A stretch of DNA of 64,000 bases from Chiloscyllium plagiosum (taxonomy: Eukaryota), in contig NC_057719.1 of the NCBI RefSeq assembly GCF_004010195.1, positions 10,252,206 to 10,316,205 of the forward strand. Direction: 5' to 3'. Shown here piece by piece: positions 1 through 12,384 of this stretch. The notes beneath the pieces were generated by a model. It searched no databases. It was not told where the DNA came from and was given only the letters and a program-made list of their open reading frames with translations. The translations under genes and the position numbers were made by a program. Positions within the stretch are counted from its first letter, which is position 1, and every line of letters begins with the position of its first letter.

Positions 1-135
1 TGAAAAAGTTTCACATTTCCACGACATCCTTCCCTGACAGCCTATGCTCCCAATTTATGCTCCTCAGATCCTGTCTTGCAGCATCGTATTTACCCTTCTC
101 CCAATTGTAAAACCTGCCCTGTTGCACGCACCTAT
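1..135 (-). mobile_element. CR1-clade LINE ORF2 fragment (endonuclease-RT linker)
   Basis: Minus frame reads FYNWEKGKYDAARQDLRSINWEHRLSGKDVVEM, typical of CR1 ORF2 downstream of the APE domain. Confidence 0.75.
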
Positions 136-149
136 CTCTTTCCATAACC

Positions 150-392
150 AAGGTGAAGTTTGCACATTCTCCCTGTGTTGCATGGGTTTCTTTCCACAGT
201 CCAAAGATGTGCAAGTTAGGTGAATTGGCCATGCTGAATTGTCCATGCTAAATTGTCCACAGTGTCCAGGGATGTATAGGTTAGATGCATTAATCAGGGT
301 GAAATGTAGGCTAATGGGTCTGGGTGGGATACTCTTCGGAGGGGCAGTGTGGAGGTGTTGGGCTGAATAGCCCGTTTCCCCACTGTAGCAAT
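150..392 (+). mobile_element. HE1-type V-SINE, 5'-truncated
   Basis: V-domain text tttgcacattctcccc...cacagtccaaagatgtgca...attggccatgct and a CR1-like tail. Confidence 0.85.
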
Positions 393-659
393 CCTAATTG
401 GCAGATAGTGAGTTGAATGCAATTTAAAATAAATCCTCACTGGATTATTCCACCTTCATCAGCATGTATGATAAAACTCTAATCACTTGAGAAGGCGGCA
501 AAACTATCGTGGTAATATATTGGACTACCACACTCCAATGATCTACACAACACCAAAGGAGCTGTGAGAATTTAAGTTAAATTCATAATATCTGTCCCAA
601 ATAATGCCACAAATAATATGTGGAAATGATGGTACTGCAGGTCCAGTTTGAAGTACACA

Positions 660-1322
660 AGTCATAAGAACAGAAGAAATAAGAGCAGGAGGAGGCCACT
701 CTGCCCATGAAGCCTGCCCTGCCATTCTGCAAGATCATGGCAGACCTGTCACACGTCCCAATTCCTCATTCATGCCAGCTCCTCAAAGCCCTTAACTCCT
801 CAACATTTCAAAAATTTCTCCACCTCCCTTTTAAATACTTTCAGTCATCTTGCCTCTACAACTCTCATGGCTAGAGAATTCTAGAAGATCACTACCTCTG
901 GGACAAGAAATGTCTTCATATCTCAGTCTTAAATGAGTGTCCCCTCATACAGTAACTCTGACACCTTGTCTGAGACTTCCCCAATAGTAGAAACATCTTC
1001 TGAAACCTTCCTTGGCAAGGCCCTTCAGAGTATTGTATGTTTGAATAAGATCATCCCTTGTTCTTTGAAATTCTAATGAATAAAGGCTTAATCTTTTTAG
1101 TTATTCTTGACAAACTAATCCCTTCATCCCACGAATCAGTGAATCTCTTTTGAACTGCCTCCAACTCCAGCCTATCCTTTCTTAAATACGGAGACCAAAA
1201 CTGTACGTAGCACTCCAAGTGTAGCCTCACCAACAGCCCATAAAGCTGTAACAAGACCTTTTAAGCTCCAAACCCTAAGCAATTAAGACCAAAATTCCAT
1301 TTGTCTTCTTAATTACTTGCTG
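660..1322 (-). mobile_element. CR1 LINE 3' fragment
   Basis: ORF 1051..1254 LQLYGLLVRLHLECYVQFWSPYLRKD..LEAVQKRFT followed by a CR1 3'UTR. Confidence 0.9.
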
Positions 1323-3229
1323 TTGGACTGCATCATTTTCAAATTTAGCTGTTTTGTTTTCCTTCAGGATTGGATATTTAGAAAAAGCTGGTTTCAGTCA
1401 TGAAGATCATTTAGCAACTTGACTATTATAAAGACCTTTTCCAGCTTGGTAATGCCCTCCAGAAGGAAAAGAAAATTAGCCCTCCTTCCTCAGATTAGCC
1501 TACATGTGACTCCAGAGCTACAGGTTGACTGCCCGCCCAAATGGCTGATGGGTAATTAATGCTAGCCAGTAATGTTTATGTTCCAAGACTGAATAAAAAT
1601 AGCAATATTCCTCACTTTGCACACATCATTCTTAAATGACAAACTGCATTTCAACATAGTATACACAACGATATGAGTGTGAACTGTTTTGCTGGCAAAC
1701 ACTTATTCACAAAGACATTTCTTTGCTTTGAAATAAATGCCTCGAGACACTTCATGATACCAGAAACTGAAATATAGCCTTCTAAATACACCTGAGTTCT
1801 ATTCATTGGTACTACACTGAGACAGCTTGCAATCAGAAATTAATCTTCATACAAATGATAATGTTTTATGGCTGAGATAAACTGGCTTATTAGACTGATC
1901 ATTGTGTATACGTGATCGACAAAATTAAAATGCACGAACATCCTCCAGCATCTGATGAGATTTTGAATTGCATTACATTTTTGCACAGAAGTAAATATTA
2001 TGAGTGTAAGAATGCTCATAAGTTTGATAGTGAGAAGTTTCTTCTTTTAGAAAGCTATGAGGGTCCTTAATTATATTTAAGGCTGGGATTGATAGATTCC
2101 TGATCAGAAGGGGCATAAAGATGGAATGGTCAGGAAAATGGATGCAAGGAATGCTGGATCAGCCTTGATCCTATTGAATGGCAGAGCAGGCTCAAAGGCC
2201 GAATGGCCTATTTATGTTTATATTTCTTATGGTCTTTTTGGGCAACAGTCATTATACACAGTAAGAAATATTTTTAAATAAAATGATAATCAGTGGTAGA
2301 AATATAGCATTGCAGTATATTTCATCGCAACATATATTTAGTTTCCTTAACAATGATAGTTTTTACATGTGATCTCAGTCTACAACAATGATCTTACTCC
2401 ACTTGCCATCTCTAACGTCTCATCAGCACACAACTCTCTTCACACTATACTGAAAGACTCACAGTTGGAATGAAAATGTTCCTATTGATAATGAATGGCA
2501 AGGATTTGTACTGTACCATTTATACCAAATAGTACATGTTACCATAATCACAGAGGACCACTCTCTCATTACAAAGCATGAGACAACTGGTGGTGAGTTT
2601 GACAAAGACCCACATAAGGGATCAATGTGTCAAGTAAAAAGCACCTGAGATTGGGATAGTGTTCGGAGATGGATTTAGCAGACCAGAAGCAAAGATGACA
2701 GAATTAATCTGTCTTTTTCTGAATGGCAGGCAGTGACTAGTGGAGGACTGCAGGGATTGGTACTAGGACCTCAGCTATTTACAAGATGTGTTAATAATTT
2801 AGATGAGGCAACAAAAAACATAATATCTCAAAATTTGCAAATGACACAAAGTGGGTTGGGAGGGTGAGCTCTGGGGAGGACTCAAATACATGGCACTGTG
2901 ACATGGATAGGCTGAGTGAGTGGTCAAATACATAACAGATGCACTATAGTTTGGGAAAATGTGACATTTGAACTGCCTCCAACTCCAGCCTATCCTTTCT
3001 TAAATACGGAGACCAAAACTGTACGTAGCACTCCAAGTGTAGCCTCACCAACAGCCCATAAAGCTGTAACAAGACCTTTTAAGCTCCAAACCCTAAGCAA
3101 TTAAGACCCTGGCAGAGATAGGAAGGCAGGTTATTATTTGATTGGCTGTAAATTAAGAGACGGAGGATGTTCATTGAGAGTGGAATGGAACCAGAGTTCG
3201 CCCCCGATTCATATTGATTCTAGTTCGGC

Positions 3230-3665
3230 TTGCTCTCCTTGTTGCCACACTCGGTCTGTCACTCTCACCTCACCCTCTAGAAAACAGCTCTTCTGTCTGT
3301 ATTTGAACCAAGGCTGTAATGAGGTCAGGAGCTGAGTGGCCCTGGTGGAACCCAAACTGGGTGTCACTGAGCAGGTTATTGCTGAGCAGGTGCTGCTTGA
3401 CAGCACTGTTGATGACACCTTCCATCACTTTACTAATGATTGAGTGTAGACTGATGGGGCAGTAATTGGCCAGGTTGGATTTGTCCTTACTTTTATGTAC
3501 AGAACATACCTCAGCAATTTTTCACATCGACACCATACTGGAACAGCTTGGCTTGTGAACAGCAAGTTCTGGAGCACAAGGCTTCATTACAATTGCTGGA
3601 ATGTTGTCAGGGTTCATAGCCTTTGCAGTATCCTGTGCCTCCAATCATTTCTTGATATCACGTGG
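3230..3665 (-). mobile_element. Ancient CR1-clade LINE RT fragment (second family)
   Basis: Minus strand translates ANYCPISLHSIISKVMEGVINSAVKQHLLSNNLLSDTQFGFHQGHSAPDLITAL (RT N-terminal domains). Confidence 0.85.
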
Positions 3666-4027
3666 CTTGTGACACTGGGAACAACTAGTGTAGGCCAAGT
3701 TGAATCATCCACGGAGCACTTCTTGCTGTCGATTGAATCAGTTAGGATTGCATTCACTGGAGTTTAGAAGGATGAGAGAGGATCTCATAGAAACCTCTGA
3801 AATTTTACCAGGACTAGATACAATAAGGGTGTTCCTGGTGTCAGCAGTGTCCAGAACCAGGCATCATAGTTTAAAGAGGTAGGCCTTTTAGGATTGAGAT
3901 AAGGAGACGTTTCTTCCCCATAGTGTGGTGAGCCTATAGAATTCACCGTCACAGAAAGTGGTTGAGATCAAAATATTATGTGTCTTCAAGAAGGAATTCG
4001 ACATTGCTCTTGTGACTAAAGGAATAT

Positions 4028-6072
4028 GGGATTACAGTACAGAGCTCCGTATGTAGCTCCGTAAACAGAGCACTGAGGTGGGATTACAGTACAGAGCTCA
4101 GTAAGCAGAGCACTGAGGTAGGATTACAGTACAGAGCTCCGTATGTAGCTCAGTAAGCAGAGCACTGAGGTGGGATTACAGTACAGAGCTCCGTATGTAG
4201 CTCAGTAAGCAGAGCACTGAGGTGGGATTACAGTACAGAGCTCAGTAAGCAGAGCACTGAGGTAGGATTACAGTACAGAGCTCAGTAAGCAGAGCACTGA
4301 GGTGGGATTACAGTACAGAGCTCAGTAAGCAGAGCACTGAGGTGGGATTACAGTACAGAGCTCAGTAAGCAGAGCACTGAGGTGGGATTACAGTACAGAG
4401 CTCAGTAAGCAGAGCACTGAGGTGGGATTACAGTACAGAGCTCCGTATGTAGCTCAGTAAGCAGAGCACTGAGGTGGGATTACAGTACAGAGCTCAGTAA
4501 GCAGAGCACTGAGGTGGGATTACAGTACAGAGCTCAGTAAGCAGAGCACTGAGGTGGGATTACAGTACAGAGCTCAGTAAGCAGAGCACTGAGGTGGGAT
4601 TACAGTACAGAGCTCAGTAAGCAGAGCACTGAGGTGGGATTACAGTACAGAGCTCAGTAAGCAGAGCACTGAGGTGGGATTACAGTACAGAGCTCAGTAA
4701 GCAGAGCACTGAGGTGGGATTACAGTACAGAGCTCCGTATGTAGCTCAGTAAGCAGAGCACTGAGGTGGGATTACAGTACAGAGCTCAGTAAGCAGAGCA
4801 CTGAGGTGGGATTACAGTATCAAGATCAGAATGGAGGGCACTGAGGTGGGATTACAGTATCAAGATCAGAATGGAGGGCCCTGAGGTGGGATTACAGTAT
4901 GTAGCTCAGAATGGAGGGCACTGAGGTGGGATTACAGTGTGGAGCTCAGTATGGAGAGCACTGAGGTGGGATTACATTATCAAGATCAGAATGGAGGGCA
5001 CTGAGGTGGGATTACAGTGTGGAGTTCAGTATGGAGCTCTGTATGGAGAGCACTGAGGTGGGATTATATTATCAAACTCAGAATGGAAGGCACTGAGGTG
5101 GGATTACAGTATGTAGCTCAGAATGGAGGACACTGAGGTGGGATTACAGTATCAAGATCAGAATGGAGGGCACTGAGATGGGATTACAGTATCAAGATCA
5201 GAATGGAGGGCCCTGAGGTGGGATTACAGTGTGGAGCTCAGTATGGAGAGCACTGAGGTGGGATTACAGTATCAAACTCAGAATGGAGAGCACTGAGGTG
5301 GTATTACAGTGTGGAGCTCAGAATGGAGGGCATTGAGGTGGGATTACATTATCAAGCTCAGAATGGAGGGCACTGAGGTGGGATTACATTATCAAGCTCA
5401 GAATGGAGGGCCCTGAGGTGGGATTACATTATCAAGATCAGAATGGAGAGCACTGAGGTGGGATTACAGTATGGAACTCAGAATGGAGAGCACTGAGGTG
5501 GGATTACATTATCAAGATCAGAATGGAGGGCATTGAGGTGGGATTACATTATCAAGCTCAAAATGGAGGGCCCTGAGGTGGGATTACAGTATGTAGCTCA
5601 GAATGGAGGAGACTGAGGTGGGATTACATTATCAAGCTCAAAATGGAGGGCCCTGAGGTGGGATTACAGTATGGAGCTCAGAATGGAGAGCACTGAGGTG
5701 GGATTACATTATCAAGCTCAGAATGGAGGACACTGAGGTGGGATTACAGTATGTAGCTCAGAATGGAGGGCACTGAGGTGGGACTACAGTATCAAGCTCA
5801 GTATGGAGGACACTGAGGTAGAATTACAGTATGGAGCTCAATATGGAGGGCACTAAAGTAGGATTACAGTGTGGAGCTTAATATAGAGGGCACTGAGGTG
5901 GGATTACCGTATGGAGCTCAGTATGGAGGGCACTGTGATGGGACTACAGTATCAAACTCAGGATGGAGGGTACTGAGGTGGGATTACCATATGGAGCTCA
6001 ATATGGAGGGCACTGAGGTGGGACTACAGTATCAAGCTCAGTACAGAGGGCACTGAGGTGGGATTACAGTAT
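4028..6072. repeat. 40-bp minisatellite, about 50 units in two sub-arrays
   Basis: Unit A cactgaggtgggattacagtacagagctcagtaagcagag (to ~4820); unit B cactgaggtgggattacagtat(c/g)..gctcagaatggaggg afterwards; occasional 52-bp variants. Confidence 0.98.
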
Positions 6073-6155
6073 ACATCTTAATGATCAGCCATGACAACAC
6101 TGAATCGCAGAGCAGGCTCAAGGGGTTGAATGGTCTTTGCTATCCTCCGCATAAA

Positions 6156-6295
6156 TTTAAACTGAGGGTCAGCACACCTCAGAGGAGGGGAGTGGTTGCA
6201 AAGAAGGGATCTTTATGGTAACCTCAGCCAGTGCAGGAATTGCTGACATGACTCTGCCTCACAAACCAGCTGGCCAGCCAACTGAACTAACCAAT
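6156..6295 (-). mobile_element. tRNA-headed SINE fragment (related pieces at ~2552-2600 and ~48440-48580)
   Basis: Minus strand begins ggttagttcagttggctgg (A-box-like); shares the cctc..gaggtg..gaccctcag.ttaaa segment with the 48.5-kb copy. Confidence 0.55.
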
Positions 6296-6844
6296 CCAGC
6301 TTTGGGAAAAAACATTCAAATCATATTGCCATTTCAAAAATTAAAATAAATCCATGTTTTAATTTTTCAATGTCTTTCCTGTAAGTTTCCCAATAACTGG
6401 AGCACACTTGAGCAATTATGAATTGCTGATCTTTGTGCTATTTAACAACAGGACTGAACAGAAAAAGAAAACGTGGATAATTTCAAACAGGATCCCAAAT
6501 TGAATGGAAATACGTGAAAATCTCGTTAAAAGGTATCTAATGCAATTCAAGACAATTAGAGAACATGCTATGTTCACCTTTCAAAAGGCTCCACAAATGT
6601 AAAATATTAATAAAACTTGTCAGGATCTGTGGTTTTGAAAAACACTGTTGCTTTTATCACTCAATATGCTGGAGCTCTCCGAACATAGATATTTTTTCTC
6701 ATCAGAAGAGAGGCTTGTGTACCTCTGTATGTGAATGTAAATGGAGGCTCATTTTAAACTGATTTGGAGGTGCCGGTGTCGGACTGGGGTGTACAAAGTT
6801 AAAAATCATACAATACCAGGTTATAGTCCAACAGGTTTAATTGA

Positions 6845-6885
6845 AAGCACTAGCTTTCGGAGCGCAGCTCCTTCATCAGGTGGTT
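6845..6885 (-). ncRNA. Minimal type-I hammerhead ribozyme motif
   Basis: Minus: aaccac-CTGATGA-a-ggagc tgc gctcc-GAAA-GCTA-gtgctt; core, stem II and stem I (cac/gtg) intact. Confidence 0.8.
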
Positions 6886-7114
6886 CAACACTGTGATGTA
6901 ACTGAAATTATGCATTTAAAAATACCTTGATTGTCTGCTGAGTCTTTCATCTGTTCGAATGCCATGATAGTTTCACTTCATGGTATTCTGTCATGGTATT
7001 CGAACAGATGAAAGACTCAACAAACGATCAAGGTATTTTTCAATGTATAATTTCAGTTACATCACACTGTAAACTTTTGCTATAAATTCTGTGCCTTACA
7101 ATTGTGTCCTCCAC

Positions 7115-7155
7115 AACCACCTGATGAAGGAGCGTCGCTCCGAAAGCTAGTGCTT
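7115..7155 (+). ncRNA. Minimal type-I hammerhead ribozyme motif
   Basis: aaccac-CTGATGA-a-ggagc gtc gctcc-GAAA-GCTA-gtgctt; palindromic AGCT in place of stem III. Confidence 0.8.
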
Positions 7156-7511
7156 CCAATTAAACCTGTTGGACTGTAACCTGGTGCTGTGTGATTTTTA
7201 ACTTTGTACACCCCAGTCCAACTCCGGCATCTCCAAATCATGAAATTGAGGAGATTTTGTTCCGAAACTTTACTTGCTTGTAAAATGTAGAACTTCCAGA
7301 CTTGAAAGGCATGTCATATAACAGGTACAAAGAGTGCAAGGCCAATCTCAGCGAGTGCAAAATGGGTGCAATGCATTCAGCCAACCATATATCAACAGCG
7401 GGTCACAAACAAGGATTCTGACCATATGAGATGGTCATCAGAGGTGCTGATTTCACAAGCTGACATTGGGTGGAAACACTGCTCTATCTGCGGGCTGCAG
7501 ATCAAATCCAT

Positions 7512-7695
7512 TTTTTTTATTTTCTACATTCATGGGATGTAGGCATCACTGGGTGGACCGGCATTTATTGCCCATCCCTAATTTCCAAGAGGGCAGTTAA
7601 GAGTCAACCATATCGCTGTGAGTCTTGAGTCACATGTAGGCCAGAGCTGGTAAGGTTGGCAAATTCCTTCCCAAAGGACATTAGTGAACCTGAAA
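7512..7695 (-). mobile_element. 3' half of a tRNA-derived SINE with a LINE-shared tail
   Basis: Reverse complement of ...ttagggatgggcaataaatgc...cccatgaat tail. Confidence 0.75.
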
Positions 7696-7721
7696 TGGCA
7701 CCAAATGTCTACAACTGAAGT

Positions 7722-8262
7722 TAACAAGCAGGAGGCTGGAAGAACACAGCGTCAGGAGGTGGGGAAGTTGACGTTTCGGGTATTAACCCTTCTTCAAGAA
7801 AAAGGTGGGTGTAGAGGGAGCTGCAGATAAAGAGGGGGAAAGGTTTTGGGTGGGTAGAGAGACGAAATGGTGAGGTAGTGATAGGTGAACGCAGGTAGTG
7901 GGCATGACCTGATAGGTCGATGGCAGGAATGAATCCATTTGGTAGCTGGAAGGAAGAGTCAGAAGGTAGAATGGAAGGAAGGAGGCGGGGCTCTACCAAC
8001 CAGATTCATCCCTCCCATTGACCTATCAGGTCATATCCACTACCTGTGTTCACCTATCACTACCTCACCATTCCACCCATCTCCCCACCCAAAACCCTTG
8101 TTCCGCTCTTTGTCTGTAGCTCCTTCACCCCACCTCCATTCCTGAAGAAGGGTTAATACCCGAAACATCAACTTCTCCACCTCTTGATGCTGTCTGTCTT
8201 GCTGTGCTCTTTCAGCCTCCTGCTCACCTACTTTGGATTCCAGTATCTGCCGTTTTGTTGTG
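7722..8262. mobile_element. Penelope-like terminal repeat, family B, inverted pair
   Basis: Arms 7722-7970 and 7995-8225 are reverse complements; decayed hammerhead cores at ~7762-7800 (-) and ~8138-8175 (+, CTGAAGAAGGGTTAATACCCGAAAC). Confidence 0.8.
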
Positions 8263-8960
8263 TCTGCGACTGGCACAGGGCTGGTGCCTGAAACTCTGAC
8301 TGCCTTTTCACTGGCGGTTTCCTGGAGTGGGGTGCATTACAGTGAGTGTACAGAGCAATTTGTGGAATTAATTTATCACTCTATGCAAAGATCTCCACTT
8401 CCACCCAACAACAAATTCAGTCGCTGGGGAATGCCATTGTGCTAGGCCTAGAAGATGCCATACTAGATTATTACACAAGATGCAGCACATTTAACCAAAG
8501 AAGCAAAGTGATGTGGAAACTTTGATCCCACATTTTGAATTAACTGGATCTTACCAATAACTCATTGTATAGTGCATCTTTGAAAAGAAATGAAAGAAAC
8601 AAAGATATACCTTCTCAACATCTACAAGAGGAAAAAATTCTGAACGACAAATTTACATTTTATTGCGCAAAGTAAAATACAAATTTGATTCATTCAGTGC
8701 ATTTAGTCTTGGAGAAGGTTATGGCCTAGAAGTATCACCCAGGATGATTGTCAGTGTACAGGGATTATCTTATGAACAGCCTCTAAGCAGGTTGCACTGC
8801 AGTTTAGAAGAATGAGAGATGATCTCATGAAACACAAAGGGTTCTTAGGGGGCTTGACAGGTAAATACTGAGACGGGTACGTCCCTTCATGGGAGTGTCT
8901 TGGACCAGTAATCCAGAGATCTTGGAATTTGAATTAAATAAGCATCTGAAATTATGAGTC

Positions 8961-9110
8961 TAACATGCAGGAGAATTGCCATTCCTGACGCAGGGCTTTT
9001 GCCTGAAACGTTGATTCTCCTGCTCCACGGATGCTGCCTGACCTGCTGTGCTTTTCCAGCACCACACTCTCGACTCTAATCTCCAGCATAATCAGTCCTC
9101 ACCTTTGCCT
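8961..9110 (+). mobile_element. Penelope-like family B terminal repeat inserted into a SINE (SINE spans ~8905-9335)
   Basis: 10-bp duplication attatgagtc at 8951-8960 and 9111-9120; hammerhead core mutated (CTGACGC). Confidence 0.8.
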
Positions 9111-9824
9111 ATTATGAGTCGAATGCTGACCATGAAACCATTGTCGATTGTCTGAAAACCCATGAGGTTCACAAATATTCTTTAAGGAAGGGAATCTGCC
9201 ATCCTTACCTGTTCTAGCCAACATGTGAGTCCAGATCCCCAGGAATATGTCTGATTCAATTGGGCAATTAGGGATGAGCAATAAATGATGGTCCAGCCAG
9301 TGATATCGACATCCAATGAACGAATGAAAGAAAAGTCTTTTGTGACTCTCATGTGCTGTCACTGAATTCTTGTTTAGCAATGAATTACCTGAATACCTGA
9401 TGCTGTTGCATAGGGAGAGAGCAGAATGAGGCTATTGGGTTGGATGATCAGCCATGTCCGTGATGAATGGTAGAGCGGGCTCAAAGGGTCAAATTGGCTC
9501 CTTCTCTCTTCTATGTTTCTATGTTTGTATGATTATTTTTCAATGCACAGGATTTATTTATTTCACAAAGTGTGGATACTTGGTAGATACTTGCATAAAC
9601 AGCCCAGCAAACAAGCCTTAAGTTAAACAGCACATCACTGAATCCACCAAAATGCAAAACATAAGCAGTCAATATTACAGGAAGCTTGAGCCAGTATTGT
9701 ATGTCCATACAGAAAACAAGCAATGTACTGGTTTTCAGAGTGCAAATATCTTAGTAATGATTTTGGAAATACAAGGAAGCAACCATACTAAAATCAAATT
9801 TCTTCACTCAGGGTGACCTTTAGA

Positions 9825-10278
9825 TCATAAGGAATAGGAACAGGAAAAGGTTGTTCAGCCCCTCAAGCCTGCTCTGTCATTCAATAAGATTATGGCTGAT
9901 CTGACATTCCTCACGTTCACTTTCCTGCCCTTTCCCCATAGTCCTCAATTCCTCGTCTGATCAAGAATCTTTCTATCTCAGGCTTAAACGTACACAAGGA
10001 CTCTGCCCCCACAGCTTTCTGTGGGAAGGACTCACAAACCTCAGAGAAGAAAGTTCTCCTCTTAAATTGTGCCCGTTTATTCTGAAACACTGTCCCAGGC
10101 TCTCCCATGAAGAGGAAACAGCTCCTCAGCAATTACTGTGTCCAATCCCAAGAATCCTAAATGCATTACCAGGATGACCTCTCATTTTCCTAAAGTCCAA
10201 TGAGTAGAGCCCTAACCTGTTTAACCTTTTCTCAAAAGACAATGCCTTCATACCAGGAATCATCCTAGTGAACCTTGT
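9825..10278 (-). mobile_element. CR1 LINE 3' fragment (an oppositely oriented 3' fragment follows at ~10290-10525)
   Basis: RFTRMIPGMKALSFEKRLNRLGLYSLDFRKMRG plus 3'UTR. Confidence 0.85.
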
Positions 10279-10604
10279 CATCGTTGTGAACTTTCCCTGA
10301 ACTCTGGTGCAGGAGCTTCTGGGAGTCTCCACCTAGAGGGCTGTGGAAGCTCAGGCATTGAGTATGTTCAATAAAGGACCCAATTGATTTCTAAATTTTA
10401 AAGACATCAAGTGATACAGGGATAGTGTGGGGAAATGCTACTGAGTGGGAAGATCAGCCATGATCTGTTTGAATGGTGGAACAGGCTTGATGGGCTGAAT
10501 GGCCTACTCCTATTCCAATGTTCTTAATTACATGGATTAACTGATGAATGCAAGCACAACTTATCACCAATACTCTTCAATTTTTTTGATAAATGTGGTC
10601 AGTG

Positions 10605-11490
10605 CATTGACTAAGGGGGGGTTCGGAGGTAATGTTGTGGCTATACAGAACATTGGTTAGGGCACTATTGGAATACTGCATTCAATTCTGATTTCCTGGC
10701 TGCAGGAAAGATGTTGTGATTCCCTACAATGTGGAATCAGGCCATTTGACCCAACACATTTGGTCCACGCCGACCCTCCGAACAGTAACCTACCCAGACC
10801 CATTTCCCTCTGACTAATGCACCTAATATGACGGACAATTTAGCATGGCCAATCCACCTGCCCTGCACATCATTGGACTGTGGGAGGAAACCAGAGCACC
10901 CGGAGGAAATCCACGCAGACACGGGGAGAATATGCAAACTCCACACAGTCACCCGAGGCTGAAATTGAACCCGGATCCCTGGCGTGTGACTCAGCAGTGC
11001 TAACCACTGAGCCACCTTGCCTACAAAGGGTTCAGGAAAAAATTACAAGGATGTTGCTAAGGTTGGAGGGTTTGAGCTACAGGGAGAGCTGAATAGGCTG
11101 GAGCTGTTTTCCCTGCAGCGTCAGAGGCTGAGGGGTGACCCTAAAGAGGTTTATTAAATCATGAGGGGCATGGATAGGGTGAATAGTCAAGGTCTTTTTT
11201 TCCAAAGATAGGGGAGTCCAAAACTAGGGCTAGTTTATGGTGAGAGGGGTAAACGTTTTCATGCAGAGGATAGTCCGTGTATGGAATGAGCTGCCAAAGG
11301 AAGTGGCGGAGGCTGGTACAATTACAACATTTAAAAGGCATCTGAATGAATATGTGAATAGGAAGGGTTTTGAGGGATATGGGCCAAGTGCTGGCAAATG
11401 GGATTAGATTGATTTCGGATATCTGGTCGGCATGGACAAGTTGGACGAAAGAGTCTGTTTCCGTGCCTTAAATTTCATTGACTCTATCAC
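10605..11490 (+). mobile_element. CR1 LINE 3' fragment interrupted by an HE1 SINE
   Basis: LYRTLVRALLEYCIQF before the SINE; RVQEKITRMLLRLEGLSYRE and 3'UTR after it. Confidence 0.85.
10715..11020 (-). mobile_element. HE1 V-SINE, full length
   Basis: Minus: ggtggctcagtggttagcactg (A box), gggatccgggttcaatt (B box), V domain and tail. Confidence 0.92.
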
Positions 11491-12384
11491 TTCCTAGAGA
11501 AACCTTTCATTCGCTTGACTCTTACAGATTCAGGTACCAGAGAGAAATGTGTGGCTCCTTTTTACACAAGTATTACCCAGTGAAAGGAACAAGAGAGGGA
11601 GAGAGAAACGATTGGGTTATATTGTTCACCTTGCCCCAGATTGCTGAGTGCTTTCCCTGACAGCAATGAGCTGCATGCTTCATTTAGTCACGTTAATTAA
11701 TTCACTTTGCTGTGTTCATTTTAATTAGCCCAAAGCATGGAAGGGCAAGAATTGCACGGATACTTATTTTAAATTCGATTTCTCTCATTTGAGGACTCTG
11801 ACTATCTGGCCGTGCCATTTCCAGGTCTGTCATTCGAAATGGAAATGTGATATTATATAGGCATTCAGCTTTGCTTTTGCATGAATAATTAATTTATTAA
11901 TGACTGAGAGTAAGGAGGATTAGGCATTCAGCTGGATCCACTGTGAAGCTCCAACATGAGACAAATGGCATTTCAGATGTCTGTTACAATCAAAATGAAT
12001 TGAGATCGTATTATCATCAATAAAAACTCTGGATTTTTAAATGTCAACTCACTTTGCTGGAAAATAAAGTCAAGCTGTGGGAAAGTCCTGTCACCTTGCG
12101 TTTAAATAGCAGTGGAGCTAAACTGCACGTACGAACGTTAATCATTTACTATCCACTGCTGAATGGGAGGAGGTAAAAATAGAAATGAGTATTGGAAGCA
12201 GATCTGATGGTGGATTCCTGCTGAACCATTAATCATCCAATGTTGTATCATTTGCCATTTTCGTTGCTGTGTGTAATGTGGGGAGGATGGCAATACAGAG
12301 CAAACTCCACAGCTGCAACCTATTGGAAAAATTAGAACGGAATCTGGAATCCCAGTGAATTTGCAACAGAATCACTCAAAACTA

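Larger units (their letters stand above)
2680..6140 (+). mobile_element. Decayed CR1 LINE (RT to 3'UTR) interrupted by a templated insert, another LINE fragment and the minisatellite
   Basis: RT motif region (WQAVTSG..QG..LGPQLF) at ~2720-2790; C-terminal part 3735-4027; 3'UTR resumes after the array (gatcagccatga...gcaggctc at 6083-6135). Confidence 0.75.
6760..7240. mobile_element. Penelope-like terminal repeat, family A, as a near-perfect inverted pair
   Basis: tgatttggag... at the left end is the reverse complement of ...ctccaaatca at the right end; inner arms also inverted; one hammerhead motif per arm. Confidence 0.8.

Noticed and set aside
1368..1448. 81-nt plus-strand exon candidate with strong acceptor
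   Set aside because: Stop codons in all three frames and no other support
4028..6072. CRISPR-like array (constant cactgaggtgggattaca with variable intervening 20-mers)
   Set aside because: The variable parts are near-identical variants of each other, not unique spacers; no cas genes; vertebrate context
10960..11020. tRNA gene
   Set aside because: A/B-box-like head belongs to an HE1 SINE; no complete cloverleaf; the same applies to other SINE heads
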